Part shown: positions 11,430 to 22,700 of the stretch, one piece after another
Numbering within the stretch: the first letter of the stretch is position 1
How the letters are laid out: every line of letters begins with the position of its first letter
Assembly (NCBI GenBank): GCA_047495785.1
Contig: JBLDXI010000004.1
Location: 2,604,001 to 2,668,000, forward strand
Source of the DNA: Lepidodermella squamata
Taxonomy: Eukaryota > Animalia > Gastrotricha
Direction: 5' to 3'
Length of the DNA stretch: 64,000 bases
Program-made: the position numbers and the translations under genes
Notes under the pieces: model-generated
The model's input: only the letters and a program-made list of their open reading frames with translations
The model's database searches: none
Told to the model about the DNA's origin: nothing

Positions 11430-11981
11430 TTAAAACTCGGAATTAGCAGTAAGTTCACCGGTCTTGCTTCCAATCGAGAAATCTGCACCGATTTCGATCA
11501 GAATCCGCACAATGCCCATTTGGTTGTTAGACCTTGCGTACATCAAAGCAGTTCTGCCGCTCGCATCTTGCGTATCAATAGCAGCACCCCGATTCAACAA
11601 CATCGCAGTCACGTGGCGATGGCCCTCCCAACTTGCGAACATCAACGCAGTTTGGCCGCGGTTATCAGCCAGATTCACGTCGGCCTTGTAGTCGAGCAAC
11701 AGGGTGACTAATTGCTTAAAGCCGCGGTAAGATGCGTACATTAAGGCGGATCTTCCAAACGAGTCGACCGCATTCACGTCAGAGCCCAAATCCAGCAGAA
11801 TCTGGGCGATTTCGAACCGGCCAAACTCAGCCGCGTTTATGAGAAGGGTTTCATTGTGGTTGCTAGGGTTACGAATAGCGTCCATAGCAACGTCGTTGTT
11901 AGCTACAAGGTATTCCTTGATAACGCTCGGGTTATCAGTCCTCACAGCATGGAAAAGGTGAGGGAATATTCGAGAAGCCAT
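11430..11981 (-). CDS. Small ankyrin-repeat protein (about 4-5 repeats)
   Basis: Repeated GxTALMxAxxxGxxxxVxLLLxxGADVN units. Single coding exon, convergent with the GH3 gene. Confidence 0.92.
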   Translation of the reverse strand: MASRIFPHLFHAVRTDNPSVIKEYLVANNDVAMDAIRNPSNHNETLLINAAEFGRFEIAQILLDLGSDVNAVDSFGRSALMYASYRGFKQLVTLLLDYKADVNLADNRGQTALMFASWEGHRHVTAMLLNRGAAIDTQDASGRTALMYARSNNQMGIVRILIEIGADFSIGSKTGELTANSEF

Positions 11982-12622
11982 CTGCGGTTTTATGTTCTGT
12001 ATTGTGTAATTAAAAATCGAGATGTGAATGAAGAGTTTTTTCTGTGCGTTTTATTAAAAATGGTAAGCAAATCCACTGCGAAATTAATCGATGTGACGGT
12101 GTAGTTTGCAAGCTAATCCCATGTTCACGTGAGTACGCGATCGATGCGCACGTGTTTGCTTACTGTAGTTTTGTATAGCAAATACATGCACACGTGTTGA
12201 TAATGAATTGTGTTTTTAAGACTCACCGCAGTACTAAGTATCCTAGCAACCACGAGTTGAGTTGTCATACCTTAGTTACTTAAATATTTTGGCTTTTTCA
12301 TGGAATTAAGTCTTTCTTTAGATCGACACGCAAAAATTCCGAAGACTGGACATGTGTGGGAATTGAAAAAAGGCTTTAATCAATCTTTATTGCATCAATT
12401 TGCTCAGGCAACGGACAAAAATGGTCTAAAATTATTGCATAGAGAGATTCTCAGCGATCGAATTGAGATGAGCGTTAATGGACTTTTTGGCGATGATTTT
12501 TTGAATTCACAGATTCTGGTACCAGCTGTCACAGGACTGTTGGCAAGAGTAGGCATCGGAGTGAAGCTGTATTTCATCCTGAACATTGAAAAAAAATTAC
12601 TTCAGAAAATAATTTGAAAAGA

Positions 12623-14142
12623 TTATTGGGTACTAGGTGGGTTATTCTCCTCCGAACACTTACACAAACCACCCCTTGATACCGTGTTATCAATTTTACA
12701 TAAGCTCTAGTAATCCCATGGCTATATTTTCGGAAATTCAATCATTCGAAGCGGCGTTCGGACAAAGACAGAAAACGGAAAAGAAATTGAAAAATTGAGT
12801 GTAGAAATAAAAAAAATAAAAATCTTCCTTAATCTTTCTGAGTTATTAAAAAGGTAAAAGTACCTATTTATTTTAGGATTAAATTTTAACTAGGGAATCG
12901 TTTTGCGGAACCAAATTTACAGTAGCGCAACCAAATATGCTGTGGCGGAACCAAAGTCGAAATATTCCAGTAGTCATTTTTTTAATAATTCTACGAATTT
13001 TAGGCGAAGAATGAGTTCTGAATCGAACACTTGGTCTTATAAAGGATTTTACACTGAATTTACTGTACATTTGTTTAGAATTATTGTGGTCAATCTTGGC
13101 CCGCAAGAAATAACCGAAAAAGGATTTCACGCCACTAGAAATTCCAAAATTTGGTTCCGGTTCAAGGTAGACCCAATTTTAACGAGTTCGTCTCATAATC
13201 GTTATACCAGCCAGAATTTGAAATTTCGCTAAAACCCATAGGATATAGGATATAAAAATAAATCGAACCTGACAATGAGCAGCTTCATTCACACATACGC
13301 AGGCAGCGTGACCAGATTTCGACAAACTCCGCATACGGCATTCCTTCCGCTTCGACGGCTAAATGAACAGAGAAAAGTAAAGATAAAAAATCAGACTTAT
13401 TTTAGTATTGTCGATTGCCGATAAAATTCTCAAGAAACCAACAATCTTTGGCGCAAGTACCCCAATCTCAAATTTCTAAGGGCTAAGCGTCACATAAGCG
13501 TCAGTTCGACAGCCCTAACGCTAACCCTACGGCCCAATTTTCACTGTAAAATCGGCGGCTGAAAATAACGTTTTACCTTGCATAAGCTGGAGCATCTGTG
13601 AGCATTCTCCACTGGAATCACGTCATTTCGACAGGTCGAGACCGATGCCTTGCCTTTAACCGCAATCTCGCCAGTTTCGTCAACCAAACACCGGCAAAAC
13701 TCGTAGAAAGGGTCCGGGCAGACGTAATAGCTCGTCAAACTGGCTTCCTCCAAGAAGTGAACGTGCATCCTACACTCAATTCGTGTCTTGAATGGGTCTC
13801 GATCCGTGCCAGGGACTTCGCCACTGCTACAACCGGTCTTCGAAGACCGACATGCGACGAAATCTGCGTTTGAGGCATTAAAACAACGGACGAAACTATT
13901 TTCTTCGTCCTTTGTCAATGATATAATGTTTAGGTTTTGGATATAAATTTGCGAATGCCGACGAAGTAGCGATGCATCGAGCAGTTTTTGTTCTAAAATG
14001 ACAAAAATGAAAAAAAATTGGATTTTTCTTAACTGTTCTCAAACTTACGTGCGAGTGATAGGAGGGTTGACGCATGTAGGTATAGCAGAGCTGCCGTAGC
14101 CAAGAAAACGAACCCCAGGAATATGGCAGCAGAAGAAGTCAT
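12623..14142 (-). CDS. Secreted or membrane-anchored cysteine-rich protein, 4 exons, 227 aa, no recognised family
   Basis: Exons 14142-14049, 13992-13577, 13358-13269 and 12706-12623 all have GT-AG boundaries and splice in frame (684 nt). Hydrophobic N-terminus MTSSAAIFLGFVFLATAALLYL. The C-terminus carries two CxxLC...CxC units. Confidence 0.75.
12895..13165. repeat. Intronic dispersed repeat with tandem CGGAACCAAA motifs; second copy at about 29800-30070
   Basis: gcggaaccaaatttac.gt..gcg.aaccaaat.tgctgt..cggaaccaaa at 12905-12955 and 29810-29861. Each copy has a downstream inverted ttggttccg. Confidence 0.65.
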
Positions 14143-15621
14143 CGTTAGCTAATTCGTGTGTTTATTTCGCCAGCATTTTTTGTTGCCAAAAAAACTGTTT
14201 AAGGAGAGGAGATGCGTGTGTGATGCCGAGATGCACGTATTTGCGTATAAAGTAATCTACAAGTTAAACAAAGGCAGTGTACTTGAATGTGGCGAGTTTT
14301 TACCTCGTGTGCGCTAGTAGTGGTATAATGTTGTATAAGGAGGGCTATAACCATATGCACAAAAACAGCTCCTCGTGCAGTAAACAAAATTGTAGTGAGT
14401 GGTGGGCGAAACTTCATTTTCATTTGAAATAACACCTAGGAGTAGTTTACAGTCTAGTAAATTATAGGTAGGTCTTAAGGTGGAGCAATTTTAGTGTAAG
14501 GAGAAATTTACGAAGAATGAGTCACTTTTAGGACTAGAAAAATTAAGAAAAATACGGGAAGAGGTCGCTGATAAATTCGCTACCAGGACCATACATATTG
14601 CATTAAAACATATATTACAAAAAATATATAAACTTTTTAGTTTTTGATATATAATACGAATGGTGGTGCGAACAACTGATCCAACAATGCCTCTTAAAAG
14701 AAAAAAAATATATCGTAGTAAAATTTATAACTGAAAAATGCGTAAATTCGGTCTAAATTTCTCAGCTTTCAGCTTTCATCGGGATAAAATTAGTATTTTT
14801 CAGTATGTTGAACGAAGCGATCTACAAACCTTAAAAATATTCCCGCGCATTGTAGCGGAATGTAAAATGGCCGGTCGTGATGTGCTGTGGTATAAAAACA
14901 ACGGTAAAACAACGTTGGCTCACGTATAGTTATCAACGCAATCTTCAAGTGACAGCCACACATCATAATCGTCTCATAAAAAAAAAGAAATAAAAACACA
15001 GGTATACAACTGTCTCGTTTCATCTAAAGCAATGTGTTTTAGTGCATTACCTCTTGTTCATTTTCCTAGTTTTACGACTTTGTGTCTAGTGGTATTATAT
15101 GGGCGTCACTCTTGTTATTAAAATGGGTCACTTTTGACAATAATCGACTTTACCTTGTATTATCGTGTGGCTTGGCTTATTAACGGTATCCAAGAAGGCA
15201 GGTGCTAAATAATTTATGAGTTGCCTAAAAATATGCTGTCTTATTTTTTTCTTTTGTGCCACCATGTTGCCCTTTATTGACTTGGCTGTGCTTCTCAAGT
15301 GCGCAAAATTTACCACAACCGCTTCAATAATTTATCTCCTCGCAGTACCAAACAGATGAAGCTTCGTCATATTGATGTGTTTTATGAGCTAAAATGCTTA
15401 AAATTTAGCATGAGAGACACGAATCGGAATGTTGATACCACGCAAAACAATTATTTTGAAATATATGAATACATTTATTTCATGCATGGAGCATGGAGTT
15501 CCTGATGCTTTTCGAGAAAAAAAATTCAGGAAACCTGCGCCACTGAATTCGGCTGGTGTGCAGCTTGTAAAAAGTCTTTGAATGCAAAATCGATTTTCTA
15601 TTTCCGTTCAGATATGCTGCA

Positions 15622-16762
15622 TCACTCGAATTTCAAGTAACGGAGCAAGGGCTGAGGTAAATAGTTGCTAAGTCCATCATCTATAGCATCAGCTCGCTTT
15701 TTGTAGCCAATCGGTAACAGGTTTAGAATCACCATTCTACACATGGCCTGTAGCTTCATTGGAAAAAGCTGCATCGAGTAGGGCATCAAAATTCGTCTCA
15801 CGACACAATGTTCCTTCGGATAATTTCCATTATGAAATTCATATTTGTTCTGAGTAAATGACGACGTTCTTCGCGAGAACAGGAGCATATCAAATAGCTG
15901 ATGGTCGATTTCAGACGGTTGTTCCATTTGATCGCAAGCCCATCTCGCCACGATTTTGCTTGTGAATATGTTATTGGCACATGAATCGCAACGAAATCCA
16001 GCCTTGGCAACGGCTTTGAAGAAATTAGCAAATGGACCACGGGGGAAAATTTCGATTCCCGGGTCCCTAATGAATTGCCTGATCGAGTTGATCATTTGGT
16101 CTTTCATTTCTCTGAAATGCCCTCCAGCTTCGATGAACAATTTCGCATTTTCATAATCATACAATGAATAGGCCGTCATCAAGGCAGATGATTTTAAACT
16201 TGGGAAATCCACATCGGCCCCTCGGCTGAGCAGAAGTTCAACTAAAGGTTGGAGTCGATAATAGAGACTACATGTTAAAGCCGTACGATGCAACCAGTCA
16301 ACCTCATTGATATTAGCGCCGTGATCCAGTAGTATTCCGACAGTTTCGACCCCATCTTCAATACAGTAAACGCCTGCAGGAGTACTCCTACGCTCAATAA
16401 ATACCCCACTTTCATCGTATATTTCGTATTCTAAGAATTCATCGTTTTCTCTTATATGAAACTCCCATCCATTGAGTTGAATTGTATCAATCAATGGCTA
16501 TCAAACACGTGTATTTCAACTCGGTAAATTCTCCAGAATACACTATCCATGCTGTAACTCGCGCTTGCGAAAGGTTAACGTTAGCCACAGATAATAGATG
16601 GCGGAGACATTTGGGACTAGTGGCTGCGCTCAGTAATCCAGCGATAGTTTCGGCTCCAAACGCTGAAATAGCTGTATCGACATTCGTGGCGAAGTAATCT
16701 AGGTCGTCTTTGATGCAGGCTTCAGCAAAATTAACAGTATAATCGAATTCTGATTCGCGCAT
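15622..16762 (-). pseudogene. Ankyrin repeat + SOCS box (ASB-like) paralog, frameshifted at about 16490
   Basis: Colinear with 17466-18563 but split across two ORFs. Removing a duplicated 4-mer (attgattgat) restores the frame. C-terminal SOCS box PMKLQAMCRMVIL...LPQPLLRYL. Confidence 0.8.
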
Positions 16763-17465
16763 TTTTTCGTGACGAGTGATATAATCCTGCAGGTAAGGCA
16801 ACTTGTATGCTATTAAGACCTATTATCAATATAATAGTTGTTCTGAATGGGTATTGCTTATCTCATTTAGTCGTTGTTAGTTCCATGATTGCGATAGCGA
16901 GCTGTGTTATCTGTAAGGTTAGGAAATTAGAGATTATGAAATCTCTCGGGAAGCTTTCGATTTTTCGCATTTGAACAACGTTCGCTGGCAGATACTAAAC
17001 ATAGGACCTTTGAGAAACATTTCAGGCTTTTCAGTGACGTACGGTGAGCATTCAAAATCAAAGTGGCTTAGCGCATTAGTCTGTATCACGTCGCATTATT
17101 GTAAAGCATAGACTGAGCGAACTCCGGAACTTGAACTTGTAACATTCAGCGTTTGCGCGAGCTATGACACAGAGCAGCGAACGCGACAAAACAGCGAAAG
17201 CGACAAAATAGCCGTTGAATCTCTTCCAGAATGTTATAAAATTTGCTACACGGCATCGCTGTTGTCGCGTATTTCGCTTTTGTCGAATTCGCTGTTTTGG
17301 GTAGTTGCTGTTATGGCTGTCTGCCATTTTGCATTCCGATTAAAATTCGCAGGAAACTGTTCAAGGCTGGTATGATGTTTTTTAGATCGGTATTTTTTCT
17401 CTCTGAAAGCTGAGAGCTGAAATATACGAATTGCGGCGTGATTTTAATTTTAATTCCTATAAAGA

Positions 17466-18563
17466 TCACTCGAATTTCAAATAACGAAGTAAGGCCTGAG
17501 GTAAATAGTTGCTTAGTTCATTGTCTATGGCATCAGCTCTTTTCTTGTAGCCAGTTGGTAGACAGTTTAGAATCGCCATTCTACACATAGCCTGTAGCTT
17601 CATCGGGAATAGCTTCGTCGAATGAGTCATCAAAATTTGGCGCACAACACTTTGTTGGTTCGAATCATATTCAATATAAGTTTCAAATTTGTTCGGAGTA
17701 AATGACGATGTTCCTCGTGAGAATAGGAGCATATCGAATAGCTGGTGGTCGATATTGGACGGGTTGTTCATTTGATCGTAAGCCCACCTTGCCACGGTTT
17801 TGGTTGTGAACAAATCATTCTTGTCGCATGAATCGCAACGAAAGCCAGCCTTGGCCACGGCTTTGAAGAAATTAGCCATCGGACCGCGAGGGAAAATTGC
17901 GATTTTTGTTCCTTCATGGAAGAAAAAATCAGAGTGGGGGAATGAATTTATCAAGTGGTTTTTGAATTCTCTGAAATGCCCTCCAGCTTCGATAAGGACT
18001 TTCGCTGTCTCAAACGCTCCAGTTGCGAAGGCCGTCATCACGGCAGAGGATTCGATACTTGGAAGATCCACATCAGCCCCACGGCTGAGCAGGAGTTCGA
18101 CTAAGGGTTGAAGTCGATGATAGATACTCCAAGACAAGGCCGTCCGATTATGGTCATCAACACCGTTAATATCAGCGCCGTGATTCAGTAGAACCTCGAC
18201 AGTTTCCACCCGAGCTTCAATGCGGTAATCGTTGTCATGAAAATCCCCTAAGTTAAGCTGGACATCCGCGATATCAAGCCATCTAATCGTAGGAATGCAA
18301 GCTGCTGTCAAGCAGGTGTATTCCAAGGTTGTGCCATTGCTTCTGTCGGCTGAAATGTAATTTGAAACTCTAGCTCTTAGGTTAACGATAGCCACTGATA
18401 ATAGATGGCGAAGGCATTTTGAGCTGGTCGCTGCGCTTAGTATTCCAGCAATAGCTTCGGCCCCAAACGCCGTAATAGCTGTATCGACATTCACGGCGAA
18501 GTTATCTAGATCGTCTTTGACACAGGATTTAGCAAACTCAGCATAATTGAGTTTTGAGCTCAT
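17466..18563 (-). CDS. Ankyrin repeat + SOCS box (ASB-like) protein
   Basis: Intact single-exon ORF from ATG 18563. Ankyrin repeats (LLNHGADIN, LLSRGADVD), BC-box LQAMCR and cullin-box LPQALLRYL. Confidence 0.9.
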   Translation of the reverse strand: MSSKLNYAEFAKSCVKDDLDNFAVNVDTAITAFGAEAIAGILSAATSSKCLRHLLSVAIVNLRARVSNYISADRSNGTTLEYTCLTAACIPTIRWLDIADVQLNLGDFHDNDYRIEARVETVEVLLNHGADINGVDDHNRTALSWSIYHRLQPLVELLLSRGADVDLPSIESSAVMTAFATGAFETAKVLIEAGGHFREFKNHLINSFPHSDFFFHEGTKIAIFPRGPMANFFKAVAKAGFRCDSCDKNDLFTTKTVARWAYDQMNNPSNIDHQLFDMLLFSRGTSSFTPNKFETYIEYDSNQQSVVRQILMTHSTKLFPMKLQAMCRMAILNCLPTGYKKRADAIDNELSNYLPQALLRYLKFE

Positions 18564-19722
18564 ATTTTCTGTGCATTGTAATGAATGGTCTAATACCACA
18601 ATGAGTATAAAAGAGCTGATAAGGCGAGTTGTACTGATAATTGTAGTATAATGCAGTATGCATAGTATATGCGATATGTAGTATATTGTAGTATTATACT
18701 AACCTAACAGTTTTGAGATTGAGACCAAATAAGACAAACTTCGGACAGTTTACATCAACTAAATGTGCTTTCTGAAGCTTCAATCCGGCTTCAATTTTCG
18801 CAGATCCTATATTGCCGTTAAAGAGCCCTGGAATACCCCGCAATACGGTTTCAAATTTTCGTGGAATATTCCAATCTAAGCTTTGCTCAATGAAAAAGCT
18901 TATTCAGCCATGTATTTCAAAGCTTACCTGAATAGGATCAGAACAGAAAAAGCGGAAAGTGTGCCTTTGTCAGCGTGTATATGGTGAGGTCGGACTGTAG
19001 AGTATAAGTGAAATATAGCAATGCGGAAAATCGATAATCCAGTTTTTTATTGATCTGATGCTAATAATAATGTATGTGTCAGACAGAAACGGCCAAAACC
19101 GGGCAGAGCGCCGTAGATGGGAAAGTAAAGGTAATTGCTCACAAAGACACCTTCAACCTTCAACCTTGATTCCTTCAAGCTGAAATACTCACAATTGTTC
19201 AGATGAATGTAATCCCTTCTATGAACCTCGCATCTCTCACAGAGTGAGGACATCTCAGTATACCATGGAATAGAATGTCCAGGAGGCAGCAAAAGCAAGC
19301 TTTGAAAACAGTCACATTGGAGTTCAAGTTGTTTCATTCCATTCTGAGGTCTCGCTCAACCTCCGCGATCATTGACCGCCTATTATAGCATTCTGTTTGC
19401 GAAGTTCTTCCGTATTTGAAAGAATCCGATTTTTTGCGAGAATTATGCATTCATTTTTGTAGCAAGTAAAGCTGAACTGGCTTTTGGTCGCCAATATCTT
19501 TAAACATGGCCAAATTGAAAAGATTGCGCACTCATAGTCGATCACGAATGAATTGTTTATTGAATTACAACCTTATTAACAAAATTCTATCTGATAAATT
19601 CAATCACACTGTGCATACCTATTTTCGTCATGAATAGCGCAGTTATTTTTTGCAATATACCTAAAGCTAAAACATCAATCTCATCCCTATTGATATAAAG
19701 TAGTAGAAAATTTCAAAAGTCT

Positions 19723-22700
19723 CTAGTATTTCGGAGCACTCGTTCCATCTGTTTCTTTCATTTTCGTGTAATTCTGTTTCTTCGCGCTCCACAGAATCCA
19801 ACCATGCGTTATGACATAAGCTGCAAGGCCAAGTGTCAAAATCAAGGCACTGATCGTAGCGCTCGAGCCACGACTAGCCGCCCAGATGTGATTGCCAGTC
19901 GCTGATCCAAGAACAACCCCATTCGAAATGGCAACAGAAAACAGCCCAGATACAACAAGAACCACAATCGCCATAGTCATGTACCGCTTTTTCAACCCAA
20001 CCTGATGAACATTTCCGGATTTGTCTTCGTAAATTTCCTCCGACGACATTGCAACCATTGAATTGATGAATTCGTGGTAGATTTCGTTAAAAGCAATGCC
20101 TTCTTTGTAGCAAATGATTGTTGTGGAGACGATGATAGAGCCTAGGCCGATGATTAGACTCAAAATCGCTGCGACACGAAGTTTTGCGACAAAATCAGCT
20201 CGATTCTTCCTCATTTGCTCGTCCTCAGCTAGTTTCGCATTTTCCCTCATCATCATGTCCAGAATAGTGTCCTGAGGGCGGGGCATAGCGGACATTGCGA
20301 GTTCCTCATCAGGTTTCACGAATTTTTGCGCGATTTTGTGGACGTAGTTGAAGTTATTAGCCGGGCCATGGGTGAAGTCAATAGGCCGCCTGTTGTAGTC
20401 CGCCTGGCGGGGCATAATTGGCAGCGGGAAGTCGAGTTGGTTGTCGAACATCGAATCTCGGGATGAGAAGACGGTCTCATCGTCGTGGTAAATTGCAGGG
20501 CCGGGTATGATTGTTGGGTAGGGTACGAAGACTGGTGGAATCACGGGACGGTATGTCGCTGGTTGGGTCTGATAAACCGGAACGACGGGTGGATAGTCGG
20601 TAGGTATGACGCCAGATCCTTTGGTCCACCAAGGTCGGCGAGTGTATAGCCCGGCATTCGTGAAGAATCCTTCACCCCTGTTTAAAAAAAACACGTTTTA
20701 AAAATGTGAAATCTTAATATTATACCAAAAAAACACATTTTAAACTAATTTACTGAATTCAAATTCAATTTTTCTTCTTAATTTCATATAAATTCGTGGG
20801 TTTTAAGCAATTTTTAAGGACAATTTTCTTGTATTCAGCATTCATCCAAGGTTTCACGTTGTTTAGGAACCTAATTTTCTCGTAAAAATTCTATCAGTTA
20901 GTTTAAATTTTTGCGTTTTTGTGAGCCCATTTTCGAGAGGTATACGCACAAAATCTCGGAAAAGCCAGGGAGGACCTAGTTCGAGGAACCTAGTCCTAAT
21001 TGGTTAACCAGAAAACTTACGATAAAGGTTTCAGATTTTGCGGCAACTTCACGCCAGGGACCAAAGGTGGCCAAATAGGGTTAGTCGATCTAATCCCAGC
21101 GAAAACAATAGGCAACGTGACATATTCCCGCTTGGTCGTAGTCTCCACGCTGCCAGTTGCCCAAGTCGGTGGGGTCCAAGTCCAAGGCCACCATTTCGGC
21201 GTTGTAGTCCGCGACCTCGACGGGGTCGATCTTCTCGTCGTCCTCGGAATTATCGAAAATGTCGTCCCATCACTCGGCCGAGATTGATTAGGGCATGGCG
21301 TTGTAGTAAGAGTATTGTTACCCAACACGGCTAACAAATTTTCCAAAAAGCCAGCCATCACGTAGTTCTGATCCACTGTCGAAGTGTCAAGAACCGAGGG
21401 CGTAGTTAGGGTATCACTCGGATAGGGCCTGTTGCTTCTCAAAAACTCGAGCCAGCGCGTCAGAAGATCACTTAATGGCCCTTGTGAAATAGCGTCAATT
21501 TGATCGGTGAAAATCGGTGCGATCGATGGGCTCATTGACTCGGCGAGAATGGGGGATGTTGATGGGATGGTTGTACTTGTAGTTGGCCGGGTGCTTGTCG
21601 AGGTGGTCAAGGCCGTAGTCGATGGGGTTGTTGTAGGAGTTTTCGTGGTTGAGGTTGTTGAAGCAGCTTTTCAAAAAAGCGATGTTAGGTTAGCCGTTTA
21701 ACCTAAACTAATTAGGAGTTAAATACCTCCAGTAGTTGTTGTAGCGGTCGATGCCGCGCTAGCCCTAGTGGTTGTAGTAGAGGTTGAAGCCACCGTAGTC
21801 TTCGTGGTACCTAGATTCAACAAATTTTTGAATACAAAAAGTCGGGATGGACGTCCCAAACTCAATTGCATAGCTCTAACGCCCAATTTGAGGCTAATTC
21901 TGATGCAGAACTGAGAGAAAATTATAGACTAAAATAGAACTTACTAGGAGATGCTGTGGTGGAAGAGGTGGCCACCGATGAAGAAGTCGAAGTTTCTAAA
22001 GATTATAATTATTCGGAGTGAAAATCCCCATGACAATCTTACTGGGAGTTGTAGAGGTGGTTGTGGTAGTCGATGTTCCCAGGCTGGTCGTAGTAGTCGA
22101 ACTTGTTGATGACGCCGTGGAACCTTATTAAATTTCATAACGGCGATGAATTTCGCACTTTTGTGTATGTAGTTATACCTTTAGTGGTCGTTGTAGTTGG
22201 TGGTTGAGTTGTGGTTGTTGTTGACGGATTGGCTGAGGTTGTCGAAGTCTCTGTAAATTGAACATTAAATTAGCTAACAGCTTCCGCGCTAATAAATCCC
22301 ATAAAATGTTAAAATGTTATGTTTTTGGATTGGACCCAGAGTTTCAAATCTACAATTGCAAACCATTCTGGCAAAGAACGTAGATTGCAGCTTCGGTCAA
22401 GCACCAAAACGTCCAGTTCATCTTCGATTTTCGAATTTAGGTAAGAGAGTAATGCACTTAATTTGGCCTTGACTTTTCATTAACTTTAGCTAGGACCCTA
22501 TTCCCGTTACTAGGCTCACGTATGGTCGTAGCAGTAGGAGTAGTAGTTAAAGAGGTTGAGGTACTTCCGGCTCTAGACGTAGTCAAGGAAGTACTCGGGG
22601 TAGTAACAGTAGTAGTAGTAGTGACTGCCGTAGACGTGACACTTGACGACGTTTCGGTGACTGGGCTACTAGTGGTAGCGGGGGTCGGTGACGATGTGAT

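Noticed and set aside
11982-12000. AG acceptors just upstream of several ATGs (11981, 18563, 25321, 31168) suggesting SL trans-splicing
   Set aside because: Cannot be distinguished from 5'UTR introns or chance without 5'-end transcript data.
15299-15505. LRHIDVFY resembling the copia RNase H KHIDxxYH motif
   Set aside because: Single short motif with no supporting flanking homology.
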